Assembly: GCA_910577295.1 (NCBI GenBank)
Contig: CAJTLS010000015.1
Span: 823-64,822 of the forward strand
DNA length: 64,000 nt
DNA from: an uncultured Eubacterium sp.
Lineage (GTDB): Bacteria > Bacillota > Clostridia > Lachnospirales > Lachnospiraceae
Reading direction: 5' to 3'
The notes under the pieces: model-generated
What the model saw: the letters and a program-made list of their open reading frames with translations, nothing else
Told to the model about the DNA's origin: nothing
Databases searched by the model: none
In this document: positions 46,235-56,046 of the stretch, one piece after another
Numbering within the stretch: the stretch's first letter is position 1
Layout of the letters: every line of letters begins with the position of its first letter
Program-made: the position numbers and the translations under genes

Positions 46235-46624
46235 TTGGACTTAAAAATAGAAGAAAGTTTTGTAAATAAATATATTAGTAAGAATAAGAGAAACAGAATA
46301 TATCATGAATTATCTAATACTAAAAAAAGAAAAAGAGCTATTGGAAGGTTTTGTCATAATGCAATGGAATGTATTGACAGTGAAATGATAAAGTATCGGG
46401 GGGAGGATTTTCAATATGGAATAGAGTTAATCAGTAATTCTAATGATAAAGAATGTTATTTAATTTCGTGGGATGATTCTATTGATGGATGTTTATACGA
46501 GCCATTAGAAGCTATTAATAAAATGGATAGCATTGGAATGCCTTCCATAGCAATTTTTTCTAATTTTTGTATTATAAAGACAGAACAGATTATGGGTGCA
46601 GCAGAAATATTTATTTTAGAGTAG
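46235..46624 (+). CDS. Hypothetical small protein in the immunity array
   Basis: TTG start after an AAGGAG SD. Shares the motif MECI..MIKY.G.DF with the ORF at 49233. Confidence 0.4.
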   Translation: MDLKIEESFVNKYISKNKRNRIYHELSNTKKRKRAIGRFCHNAMECIDSEMIKYRGEDFQYGIELISNSNDKECYLISWDDSIDGCLYEPLEAINKMDSIGMPSIAIFSNFCIIKTEQIMGAAEIFILE

Positions 46625-46799
46625 TCAATAATAGAAAAATGGGGTAAATAAGCAATGGAATCGGCATTGAGTAAAGGGAGCTTACAAGGAATTTAGTTTA
46701 ATAAAAGAGGATTTAAAGTGTAGAGATGAGCAAAATACTCTGATTTAAAAATCGAATTTAGTAGTTAGTTTCTATAAATTGAAAATATAGGATTTTACG

Positions 46800-47420
46800 T
46801 CATAGAAAAGCTAATGTAAGTTCCAAACTTACGCAAATAAAGGCGTTATGGAATGGTATTTCATCATGCGATTCGTTGACGGCTTTCAGTTTGTGATAGG
46901 ATTGGCCGGAACCACTGGTGATTGCGGTAACCACAACTGCCAGCAGGCTAATGTGGGTGAGCGTATTTAAGCTTATGACGAAGGATTGATTTTTTGTCCA
47001 CATCCGTTACTGTCCTATGTTTTTAAACTGGGAATTATATTGTTCACATTCTGTATGAAGAGAATACCTGTTTTTAAAATATTTGCCATCTTTTTCAATA
47101 GGAAGCCTTACATCATCCGGAATGGTTATGTGTTTTGTGTAGCCGCGATGCTTTTTTCCATTATAGAAGTTTTTATGATGGTATTGGCGGTCAACATCTT
47201 TAGATGACTTTAAAGGAGAGCAAAATGTTAATAAGATTTTTTCTTTATTCGAAAAATAAAAATGATGCGATAGACATTTTGAAGATTGTATAAGCTGTAT
47301 TATGAATTGCGTTGTTGAAAGGCGGGAGCAAAAGTTAGAACCATATTGGAAATTTACTGATATGTATGTTGTTGAGGAAACACTTAAATTTAATATTAAT
47401 ACATTAGAGAAAGAGGCCAA
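46800..47420 (-). pseudogene. Possible gene remnant interrupted by one in-frame stop
   Basis: ORFs 47007-47420 and 46800-47003 are in the same frame, separated only by the stop at 47004-47006. Family not recognised. Confidence 0.2.
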
Positions 47421-47425
47421 TATAT

Positions 47426-48022
47426 ATGCAAGAAATAAAAGATTTTAATGAGTATTATAATAATAACCCGCTTGCCCAAAGGGAGGAAGAGAGATTTAAT
47501 TTACTGGATGATGAGAAAAAAGAAAAGTTAAAAATTCTTGAAGAACTAGACTTAAAAGAGTATCAGTTAAAGGTAATAAAGCGAAAACGTGTGAAACCTC
47601 AAAAGGGGGATTTATTTGTAGTGTCACCAAAAGAAAATATGTATTTTTGGGGTGTTATAATAAATTCTGATGTTAAGGTTTGTGAAGAAGATGGGTTTAT
47701 GGTAGTTTTTATATTAAAGGACAGAGCAGAATCTCCCGCTGATACAAGTATTCCCAATAGTGTCACAAATTTATTAATAGAACCTGCTATTGTGGGAAAG
47801 TGGTATTGGAATAAGGGTTATTTTTATAATGTTGGAATAAGTATAGAAATTCCTGACAATGTGGATTATGGCTTTTATTCGGTTGGTAGAAGAAAATATG
47901 TAGATGAATATGGAAATACAATGAAAAAAGAACCGGAGTTAGTAGGGATATATGGGGCATGTACCAATCAGGGCATTGCATATGAAATTAATTATGAATT
48001 AATAGCGTCCGGATTAATTTGA
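47426..48022 (+). CDS. Hypothetical protein, immunity-protein-like (orphan)
   Basis: 198-aa cytoplasmic-looking ORF with an SD, located in the array downstream of the RHS toxin. Assignment is by context. Confidence 0.4.
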   Translation: MQEIKDFNEYYNNNPLAQREEERFNLLDDEKKEKLKILEELDLKEYQLKVIKRKRVKPQKGDLFVVSPKENMYFWGVIINSDVKVCEEDGFMVVFILKDRAESPADTSIPNSVTNLLIEPAIVGKWYWNKGYFYNVGISIEIPDNVDYGFYSVGRRKYVDEYGNTMKKEPELVGIYGACTNQGIAYEINYELIASGLI

Positions 48023-48092
48023 TGGTTCTCTGTCAGCAGATGATAAAGTTCGTGGGAAGCAAAAAGAGTTTGTGCACAATATGAGGTGGAAA

Positions 48093-48740
48093 ATGAGTAA
48101 AGAAAATGAAAAAATAATTATTAACTGTGTAAAAAAGATAGCTAAACAAAATCATTTTAAAACAATATCTAATTGTATATACAAAACGGATGGTAATTTG
48201 CTTATATATGCAGTGGTTTGGGCAACAGATAATCATACTATTGTTTTTCGGTGGTGTATCAAAACGATAGAGTTAGATGATATTTTTTGGGATATATTTG
48301 ATATGTCAGATAATAAAAATGAAAGATTTAGTTTGAGAATAGAGGGTGCATTTTGTTGTCCTTCGTATATCTTTGACGAGAAAGTATGTGAAGTGGAAAA
48401 TATGGAACTATTAGAAGAAATCGTGGACTCGTTTTTTCTTTCAGAAATGAAAAAAGTTGAAGAATATACAAATAATATTAAAGCGGAGTATGGTGATTTT
48501 TTATCATATATTATTAAAAGAGAAGACGCTTATGATTTAACAAAACTTTTGGCACATATTTTATTGGGAGAGTATGAATATGTATATAAAATTGTCAAAA
48601 GTGAATTAAAAAGAGGGGAAGATGGAGGATTTGGAAACAAAGGGAAAAATATATACCAATATATGGAGGAATATTGCCGCAGAAAAATACGAAATAAAAA
48701 AATAGGTTTCAGGAGTAAAATTAAGAATCTTAAGAAATAG
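48093..48740 (+). CDS. Hypothetical protein, immunity-protein-like (orphan)
   Basis: GAGGTGGA SD plus ATG at 48093. No signal peptide. Context only. Confidence 0.4.
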   Translation: MSKENEKIIINCVKKIAKQNHFKTISNCIYKTDGNLLIYAVVWATDNHTIVFRWCIKTIELDDIFWDIFDMSDNKNERFSLRIEGAFCCPSYIFDEKVCEVENMELLEEIVDSFFLSEMKKVEEYTNNIKAEYGDFLSYIIKREDAYDLTKLLAHILLGEYEYVYKIVKSELKRGEDGGFGNKGKNIYQYMEEYCRRKIRNKKIGFRSKIKNLKK

Positions 48741-48752
48741 ATGGAGAGAGAT

Positions 48753-49223
48753 TATTATGGATTACCCAATATTTGAATCGGAGGCACCAATTCAAAAAGA
48801 TAGTTTTGACAAGTTTACTAAGGAAGAAGTGGAATTATATTTCAACTGGTATACGGGGCATATTGATGAAAGAATAGAATATCTGCAAAAGTATATACAA
48901 AGGGATGATATTTTAATAAAACTGGATTTTTCGGTGGAATCCCTGATTCCGGTTTGGGAATGGTATGAAAAGAAAATTGTAGTGGAGCATTATACGAGAA
49001 GAGAATTAAAAAAGGAGGCGAAGAAATATCCGGATTGGCTTCGTGAGGAGATACTATCGGATGATACAAAAATTAGTGTAAACACACTGGCAATTTGCGA
49101 TGATTTGGCGATATATTTTGCAGAAGTTATACGAAGAAATAATTTAGAGCATATATATTGGGGATATTATACGAAACCTAAAAACCGCATGTCGGTAAAT
49201 GAACCCGTTCTATTAGGTTTTGT
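48753..49223 (+). repeat. Direct repeat copy 2 (471 bp)
   Basis: Near-identical to 45625-46095. The junction continues into a homologue of 46355 onward. Confidence 0.9.
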
Positions 49224-49257
49224 CATAATGCAATGGAGTGTATTGGCAAGCAAATGA
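48757..49257 (+). pseudogene. Second, C-terminally replaced copy of the 45629 immunity gene
   Basis: The first ~155 codons are near-identical to 45629-46095. The reading frame then runs into sequence homologous to 46355 onward and stops. Confidence 0.6.
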
Positions 49258-49280
49258 TAAAATATCAGGGGGCGGATTTT

Positions 49281-49724
49281 ATGGCAAAATTATTTGATAG
49301 GCAAAAGAAAAAATATATAGAACTTGTACTATGTGTCATCAATGACCCAGAGTGGTTATCTTATAAATTATCTGGTGGAGAAATATTTCCGGATAAGAGA
49401 ATTGAATTATTTCGATTAGATAATGAGGACTTATTTCTTCACGATTCTTATGAGAAAGAGGTTGAAATTATTATTGAAAATCTGCGAGGTATAAAGAAAG
49501 TGCACCCTTATGCTTTTCAACCAAAAGACGAGGGGGAATTTTTGCTTAAGGTTGACTATCAGGATGGCTTTGTATTAGTCAAATTAGTATTTCGGGTGAT
49601 AGATGAGATAGACGAAACAAAGGTGTGTAATAATATATTCGAAATTGAAACATCAGATGTTTTTCTGGAAGATTTTCTATACGATTTGGAAAAAGAGTAT
49701 AATAGTATAACCAATAGTCTTTAG
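49281..49724 (+). CDS. Hypothetical protein in the immunity array
   Basis: AGGGGG SD plus ATG at 49281 (MAKLFDRQKKKYIEL...). The upstream in-frame extension carries the shared MECI..MIKY motif. Confidence 0.4.
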   Translation: MAKLFDRQKKKYIELVLCVINDPEWLSYKLSGGEIFPDKRIELFRLDNEDLFLHDSYEKEVEIIIENLRGIKKVHPYAFQPKDEGEFLLKVDYQDGFVLVKLVFRVIDEIDETKVCNNIFEIETSDVFLEDFLYDLEKEYNSITNSL

Positions 49725-49761
49725 TTTAGAAATAATTTCCTTTTCCAGCCTTTTTATCAAA

Positions 49762-49790
49762 TTGACATTTACAAATCTTAATGATAAAAT
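49762..49790 (+). promoter_or_regulatory. Sigma-A promoter for the large surface protein gene
   Basis: TTGACA (49762-49767), a 17-bp spacer, then TAAAAT (49785-49790). Confidence 0.55.
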
Positions 49791-49836
49791 TACACAAAGA
49801 CAGAATTTCTTTGTAAGAAAGGGAAAAGGGTGATTT

Positions 49837-52800
49837 ATGAAAACTATAAAGGTAAAAAAGATAGCGAAGAGTTTACTTGCCTGCGGCTTGATTTTGCAGG
49901 GTTTCATTTTTGCACCTGCGGCCTATGCGGAGGGAACGGATGATATTGTTTCGGTGCGGACGGTGGACCGTGATATCATGGTAGGAACGACAGCAAATTC
50001 CCTCTATAGCAGTGACGAAATTATTAGCAAAATGGATTTGGATGCATCTTTGGCAAATCAGAGTTTTAATATGTCAACTACCGAGATTGACGCTACAGAT
50101 TTATCCAATTGGTATGTATATGACCATTACGACACGAAAGCATATGCAGATGAGGCGGCTTGGCAGGAGGCCACAGGATATAATAAAAATCTGCGGCCGC
50201 ATTTTACATATTCCGAAGCAGCTTCTAATGTTTTCTTTTCAACGCCGCTGACTGTTGAGGAGGCGTTGGAAAGGAATCAGAATACTGGAGGAACGGGAGG
50301 CAATGTTTACTATTTAAAAGAACATATTGTGGCAAGCAGCGAAAATGGTAATGCGGCCATGAAGTTTTATGGTTATGGAACTACCGGATGCACCGATTTT
50401 CTTTTCTATCCGGCGCAGGAGACGGGCACAAAGAAAGTAGAGTATACGATAAATGCAAAGGATGTTAAGACGCATTCACTTTCGCAGGCAGGATTTTTGT
50501 TTAACTGTGGAATAACAGAGGATAAGCTGAGTGGTTATGCCTTAGTGTTTTCGTTCATTTCCGGACTAGCGCAGGAGGGAGATGACCCGAGAAATATCTG
50601 TGCGGGCGGTATTCAGTCTGCCGTTATTTATAAGATTACGAATGGACCGGTGGCGTTGCTCCATGAAGACAGTTCGATGTTCTCTCCGATGAGTTCCTAT
50701 ATTACGCAATTGAAAAAGATAGATTTGTCTTCAATTTCATTTGACGGACATTTTGATGTTAGTAATATTGAGATGTTGATTACGAATAACTCCTTAAAAG
50801 TATATATGACGGAAGCAGGTGAGCAATCCGGAGATAATCCGGAAAGGAAGACACTGTTTGATTTTCAAAATCAGAATAGCGGAGAGGATACTTATTGTAA
50901 AGATTATACTCCGTCCGGTTTTGGTGGTTTCGGACCAATTGTTCCTTATCAATTTCACAATTGCCAATATACTTCGTCGTACGTGTATTCGAATTTGAAA
51001 ATGAGTATTTCGGAATCGGACTCCGTTCTTTCCGGTTTGAGTAATTGTGACTATACAAAGGCTACACAAAAGGACGGACAATATGTTGACAATAATAAAT
51101 ATTTTGTGTTAATCGGGGACAATACAGAAGGAGAAAATGGCTTCAAAGATTGTTTTAAGCGAGATTTTGATGATGTATATTTGGAGATGTTGAAAAATCA
51201 GAGTGTAATGCTCATAACGAATCTCAATATCGAAAATATGGAAGGTAATATTAACGGAACCAATTACAATCTAAAAGACTATTTAGGAGAAAATAACGTC
51301 GTTCAGATTCAGGGCAATACAGCAGAGGAACTGGCAGCAGAAATTGAGAGAGTGGTTGCAAATCAGCAATACTCCAAAGAAGAGGCTGAACAGGCAAAAG
51401 ATGCGTTAGATGAGGCGACAGGAACCGGACACGATGACCATGCGACGGCAAGGTGTTTTGTAAGTTATAACGGGTTACAGGTAGATAAAGTAAATGTGAC
51501 GCGTATGGGAGAAGATAGTATCGAATTGCTCATTGATGATTCTCTGTCGATTAACGTAACTAATCCGACCCATATGCTCCGTTATCCGGATGGAACGACG
51601 AAAGTTCTGCCGGATAATAAAATTACCATTCAGGGAATTGCTAACTGGCCGACAGGAGAGTATACTGTCATATCCGAGTATGCGGAAAAAGTGTCTGCCA
51701 GAACAGTCTTTTCTGTTGTCTCAGCCCAGAACAGTTATTTAAACGGAGTGGGCGCGGACGAGGGAGCAAAGGATGACCATCTGTCCTGTCTGGTGAATAC
51801 GATAGGCGTGAATCGGGTGGCTGGAAAAAAAGAATATAAAACAGCTTTGATAGCCGACGAGGGTTATCAACTTCCCCAAAATATAGTAGTAAAAACAGAT
51901 ACGCTGACAAAGGGAACAACTACGGATGCTAATGGCGTAGTTAGAGACAGTGAAGGGAATCCGGTAGAATTGAAAACTCTTGTTCGCAATAGAGATTATA
52001 CCTATGATTCTGCGACGGGTGAAATCGTAGTGGACAAAGACTGTATTACCGGAAATATATATTTGTACGCCAATACGGCGAAAGTCATCTATGACTTTAC
52101 TAATGTAACAGCAGGAACGAATCCGGTTACCAGTGTTTCTTCTTTTGATAATAAAGATTTGGAAGTGAGGCTTTCTGTTGATTCGATATTGGAAATGCCA
52201 AAAAGTGTTACGGTGTCGGCTGGGGAAGAGAGCTTTGAAATTGCGCAGGACGAGACGAAGAATGTAAAGGGTGGAGTCATTGCTTATTTGGGAAATAAGG
52301 TGCAGGTTTCGTCGTCGCTTTTAGGAAACAATATTACGATTAAGGCGTCTGCCGGAGTGTTCAAAGTACACTACATATCGAACCATGAATGTATAGCGGA
52401 GGGCGGAGAAACGGCGGATATCTTTTACGGAAAGGATTATGATAATATTATTACCGTAGCGAAAGGCTATACGGTTGTTGATGCCAGTGCGGCCCTTGGC
52501 TCGGAGACGGACGACGAGGGAAATCCGCTGAAGCGTCCGGAGAGTTTTACATTTGAGCCGGAGACCTGTGCTTTCCATGTAGATGGCGAAGAGATTCTAG
52601 ATGATATTTATATTACGGTACGGGCAAAGAGAAACAACGGTAAGGTAACGGCAAATGTCACGAATCTGGAATTTGATGGCGAGTCATTCTGCGTGCCGGA
52701 TACCGACTATACGGCGAAACTGACCGCTGAAAAAGGATATGCATTGCCGGAGCAGATTACTGTTACGGCAGATAATCAGGAGCTTTCCGCAGAAAGTTAT

Positions 52801-54480
52801 GAATACAGTCCGGAAACCGGAGAGATTCGCATTGACGGCAACTTCGTAAGAGGAGACATTGTAATTCAGGCGGCGGCAGAAAAGCAGATTTTCACCGTAA
52901 CGCCTGAAGTGAAGCATCTTGCATTTGAAGGTGATTTAGTTTGTGATATGCTGAACGATTATCTGGCAATATTAAAAGAAGAGCAGGGTTATGCGCTTCC
53001 GGAAACAATTCGCGTGACCGTGGATGGTGCGGATTTAGACGGCTTTAAGTATTCCAACGATACTGGAGAACTGCAGATTTCCAAGAGTATGTTGACTGGC
53101 AATGTAGTTATTACTGCGGAGGGCGTGGCAAAAGAATTTCCGGTACATACGGAACTGGGAAATCTGAATTACGAGGGAGCTGCTACGGGCAATATGGAGC
53201 AGGCCTATAAAGCAAAAATCAGGCCTTATGAAAACTATTCACTTCCGGCTCACATCTCAATCAAAGTTGGCGGTGAGGTACTGGCAAAGGATGCATATTC
53301 CTATGATTCCATCACCGGTGATATTGAGATTTTCAAAGGCCAGATTAAAGATGATGTTTTGATACAGGCGAATGCGGATAAGATAATTGTGCCGGCAAAG
53401 GAATATTATGTTTTGTATCGTCTGACAAATATGTCTGTCAGTGGAAGCGATAAAGCTGCTGACAATAAAGATTATATTGCCACGCTGCGTGCGAACGAGG
53501 GCTATTCACTACCGGCAGTCTTTTCTGTTACATCGGGAGATAAGCTGTTACGCCAGGGCGTTGATTATGGTTATAACGGTATTACGGGCGTCCTGACTAT
53601 TCCGGCAGAAAGTATTAGCGGCAATATTGTAGTTGAGGCAGCAGGAAATCCAGTGACAAAGGTGGAGCAGAAAAAACCGGATGTCAGTAAACTGGTAGTA
53701 GTTCCACCGAAGTATGAAAACTCATTTGATGGAAAAGTTATTGGTGTAAATACGGAAATGGAATATTCCGTGGATGGTGGGAAAAGTTGGACAAAATGTA
53801 AGGGTGAGCAGATTACGGGATTAGGAACCGGAAAGGTCAGCATTCGTTTTTACGCTACCGGAACAAAGAACAGCAGTCCGATTGCCAACATTGAATTGGA
53901 TTCTGCGACAATGGAATATTATATTCCGACAATCAGTATGTCAAAGCTGATGGGAAGAAATAAGAAATTCCAGTTGAAAATAAGGAATGTAAAAGGAGCG
54001 GCCGTAAAGGTTTCCAGTTCTAACCCATCGATAGTAAAAGTGAATAAAAAAGGCTTAATCACTTCCAAGAAAAAGACCGGTAAGGCGAAAGTCGTAGTGA
54101 CAATTATTAAAGGCAAACATATCGTCCAGTATGTCGCTAAAGTTAAGGTTGTCAAAAAGGTAAAGAAAAACTATAGTCTCAGCAAATTTAAGACATCCTA
54201 TAAAGCGCCGACGATTGCTCTTTACAAAAAACTTACCAAGGGAAAGAAATGGAAAGTGAAAATGACCCATACAAAGAATGCTAAGATTTCGTTCCGCAGT
54301 TCGAATAAAAGCGTTGCTACGGTATCGAAGTCCGGCGTAGTAAAGGCAAAACGTTCCGGAAATACCCGCATTATGATTACTGTTGCCAATGGCGGCGTTG
54401 TCGATAAGTATTATGTCGTATTGCGTGTATTCCAAAAAGGAGAGCGTTCGAATTTATCCTATCTGAAAGAAATAAAATAA
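49837..54480 (+). CDS. 1547-aa secreted surface protein with about seven ~85-aa tandem modules and two C-terminal lysine-rich Big_2 domains
   Basis: Signal peptide ending AYA. Repeated modules carry GY(A/S/Q)LP...TGE(I/L).I....(G)(N/D)(I/V)V(I/V). C-terminal SSSNPSIVKVNKKGLITSKKKTGKAKVVV and SSNKSVATVSKSGVVKAKRSGNTRIMI are Big_2-like. Confidence 0.75.
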   Translation: MKTIKVKKIAKSLLACGLILQGFIFAPAAYAEGTDDIVSVRTVDRDIMVGTTANSLYSSDEIISKMDLDASLANQSFNMSTTEIDATDLSNWYVYDHYDTKAYADEAAWQEATGYNKNLRPHFTYSEAASNVFFSTPLTVEEALERNQNTGGTGGNVYYLKEHIVASSENGNAAMKFYGYGTTGCTDFLFYPAQETGTKKVEYTINAKDVKTHSLSQAGFLFNCGITEDKLSGYALVFSFISGLAQEGDDPRNICAGGIQSAVIYKITNGPVALLHEDSSMFSPMSSYITQLKKIDLSSISFDGHFDVSNIEMLITNNSLKVYMTEAGEQSGDNPERKTLFDFQNQNSGEDTYCKDYTPSGFGGFGPIVPYQFHNCQYTSSYVYSNLKMSISESDSVLSGLSNCDYTKATQKDGQYVDNNKYFVLIGDNTEGENGFKDCFKRDFDDVYLEMLKNQSVMLITNLNIENMEGNINGTNYNLKDYLGENNVVQIQGNTAEELAAEIERVVANQQYSKEEAEQAKDALDEATGTGHDDHATARCFVSYNGLQVDKVNVTRMGEDSIELLIDDSLSINVTNPTHMLRYPDGTTKVLPDNKITIQGIANWPTGEYTVISEYAEKVSARTVFSVVSAQNSYLNGVGADEGAKDDHLSCLVNTIGVNRVAGKKEYKTALIADEGYQLPQNIVVKTDTLTKGTTTDANGVVRDSEGNPVELKTLVRNRDYTYDSATGEIVVDKDCITGNIYLYANTAKVIYDFTNVTAGTNPVTSVSSFDNKDLEVRLSVDSILEMPKSVTVSAGEESFEIAQDETKNVKGGVIAYLGNKVQVSSSLLGNNITIKASAGVFKVHYISNHECIAEGGETADIFYGKDYDNIITVAKGYTVVDASAALGSETDDEGNPLKRPESFTFEPETCAFHVDGEEILDDIYITVRAKRNNGKVTANVTNLEFDGESFCVPDTDYTAKLTAEKGYALPEQITVTADNQELSAESYEYSPETGEIRIDGNFVRGDIVIQAAAEKQIFTVTPEVKHLAFEGDLVCDMLNDYLAILKEEQGYALPETIRVTVDGADLDGFKYSNDTGELQISKSMLTGNVVITAEGVAKEFPVHTELGNLNYEGAATGNMEQAYKAKIRPYENYSLPAHISIKVGGEVLAKDAYSYDSITGDIEIFKGQIKDDVLIQANADKIIVPAKEYYVLYRLTNMSVSGSDKAADNKDYIATLRANEGYSLPAVFSVTSGDKLLRQGVDYGYNGITGVLTIPAESISGNIVVEAAGNPVTKVEQKKPDVSKLVVVPPKYENSFDGKVIGVNTEMEYSVDGGKSWTKCKGEQITGLGTGKVSIRFYATGTKNSSPIANIELDSATMEYYIPTISMSKLMGRNKKFQLKIRNVKGAAVKVSSSNPSIVKVNKKGLITSKKKTGKAKVVVTIIKGKHIVQYVAKVKVVKKVKKNYSLSKFKTSYKAPTIALYKKLTKGKKWKVKMTHTKNAKISFRSSNKSVATVSKSGVVKAKRSGNTRIMITVANGGVVDKYYVVLRVFQKGERSNLSYLKEIK

Positions 54481-54494
54481 TATGCAGCAGCTTG

Positions 54495-54530
54495 CAAAAG
54501 GCGCGCGCTTTGGCGGCGCCTTTTGTTGTT
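54495..54530 (+). terminator. Rho-independent terminator
   Basis: CAAAAGGCGC / GCGCCTTTTG stem followed by a T-rich run. Confidence 0.65.
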
Positions 54531-54606
54531 TATGCGGGAATATTTCATGTTTCAAATGTCAATGATATGAGATAAACAATACTATGTTTTCAGGATGGGG
54601 ATAATT

Positions 54607-54888
54607 ATGGCAGTCAACAAGAAACAGTTTATTAAACAAATGGCAAAGAACGGGCACACAACACAGCTTGCCTGCAGGGAATATTTGAATCTGGCCCTCG
54701 ATACCTTTTATGAGTTATTGCGGGATGGCAAAGAAATTAAGCTCTATGGTATTTTAAGCGCGGAATTAAAAACCATGCCGGAAAGGATGGCAAGAAATCC
54801 GCAAACAGGGAAAGAATGTATGGTGCCGGAGCATAAGCGGGTAAAGATAAAAATTAGCCAGACGTTTCGAGACAAATTGAATGATTAA
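54607..54888 (+). CDS. HU/IHF family DNA-binding protein
   Basis: KKQFIKQMA...ARNPQTGKECMVPEHKRVKIKISQTFRDKL matches the HU fold beta-arm pattern. Size is about 93 aa. Confidence 0.8.
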   Translation: MAVNKKQFIKQMAKNGHTTQLACREYLNLALDTFYELLRDGKEIKLYGILSAELKTMPERMARNPQTGKECMVPEHKRVKIKISQTFRDKLND

Positions 54889-54963
54889 GTCGATTTTCCG
54901 TAATGCTAAATATGAAAAGTGCATTGACGATTTAAGTCGAAAAAAGTATAATTATAGTAAAAA

Positions 54964-55276
54964 ATGGAGGAGGATTTACATACAATGGTGGAAGCTGCCT
55001 TTATTGATTTTTACGGAACGGTTGTTCATGAAGACGGTGAAGTGATTGAGAAAATATCACAGGAAATTTTGAGAACCGGAACCGCAAGAAACAAATCGGA
55101 AATCGCTTCCTATTGGTGGAATGTGGATTGGAGATTCATTAAGTAGTGATGTTCAGGGAGCTTCTTCTGTTGGCATCAATACAATATGGCTCAATCGAAA
55201 GGGACGGGAAATTCCGGAGGGAGTTATTGCCGTCAAAAATTTATTACAAGTATATGATACCGATTATTTTAACTAG
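54964..55276 (+). pseudogene. HAD-family hydrolase remnant with its central part deleted
   Basis: An N-terminal motif-I-like AAFIDFYGTVV fragment (frame 1) ends at 55146. The C-terminal DVQGASSVGINTIWLNRKG fragment (another frame) runs 55148-55276. Confidence 0.5.
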
Positions 55277-55301
55277 GTTTAAGAGAAAGAGGGGGAATTG
55301 G

Positions 55302-56024
55302 ATGTATTGTCAAAATTGCGGTAAACAAATGGAGGAAGGAGCGACATTTTGTTCGGAATGTGGTTCTTCTTTACAAAATCAAAACACTTATACGACATCG
55401 AACAGTTATACAAAATCAAATAGTTATGCAGCTTCTTTTGAAATGGATTCGCAGAAAAAGGGAACCGCCATTGCAGCGTTGGTGTTAGGAATTTTCGGAT
55501 TGTTGGCATGGATTATTCCGATTGTAGGCTTACCGATTGGGATTGTCGGCTTAGTGCTTGGAATCAAAGGAAGTAAGAAAAGCGGCAAAGGCATGGCGAT
55601 TGCGGGGATTGTTTTAAGTACTATTTGTCTCATTCTTACGATTATCAATGGGGCCATTGGCGCTTATCAGGGGTATAAAGGAGAGGCTTGGTTTCAACAG
55701 GAGAAGAATGAATTTACGCTTAGGGACGAAAAAGGAAATATTTTGATGTCAGGTGGAATTGAGGCAGTGGAGCTGAAATCTGTAGATTTGGGAAATGGTG
55801 AAAAACAATATTCAGCAGAGATTCGGTTTTCTGATTCCGCGGCGGAGAAATTTGCTCAAATAACGGCAGAACATATCGGAGAACAACTGGGAATATATAT
55901 TAATGATAACAGGGTTTCTAATCCGCGTGTACAGTCTGAGATTAAAGGCGGCGTCTGTCAAATATTTACAGAAAGTTACGAAGTCGCCAATCAAATGGTA
56001 CAATCGCTTCGAAAATGCATATAA
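55302..56024 (+). CDS. Zinc-ribbon membrane protein with an extracytoplasmic domain
   Basis: MYCQNCGKQMEEGATFCSECG zinc ribbon, two TM helices (DUF4190-like) and a C-terminal soluble domain. Confidence 0.6.
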   Translation: MYCQNCGKQMEEGATFCSECGSSLQNQNTYTTSNSYTKSNSYAASFEMDSQKKGTAIAALVLGIFGLLAWIIPIVGLPIGIVGLVLGIKGSKKSGKGMAIAGIVLSTICLILTIINGAIGAYQGYKGEAWFQQEKNEFTLRDEKGNILMSGGIEAVELKSVDLGNGEKQYSAEIRFSDSAAEKFAQITAEHIGEQLGIYINDNRVSNPRVQSEIKGGVCQIFTESYEVANQMVQSLRKCI

Positions 56025-56046
56025 GCGAGGACGGAGGAAGTTTTTT

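Noticed and set aside
47225-47425. Small plus-strand ORFs (22 aa with a strong SD at 47225; ~48 aa from 47302) between immunity genes
   Set aside because: They are too short and unconserved to support. They may be debris of a degraded cassette, and one overlaps the start of the 47426 ORF in another frame.
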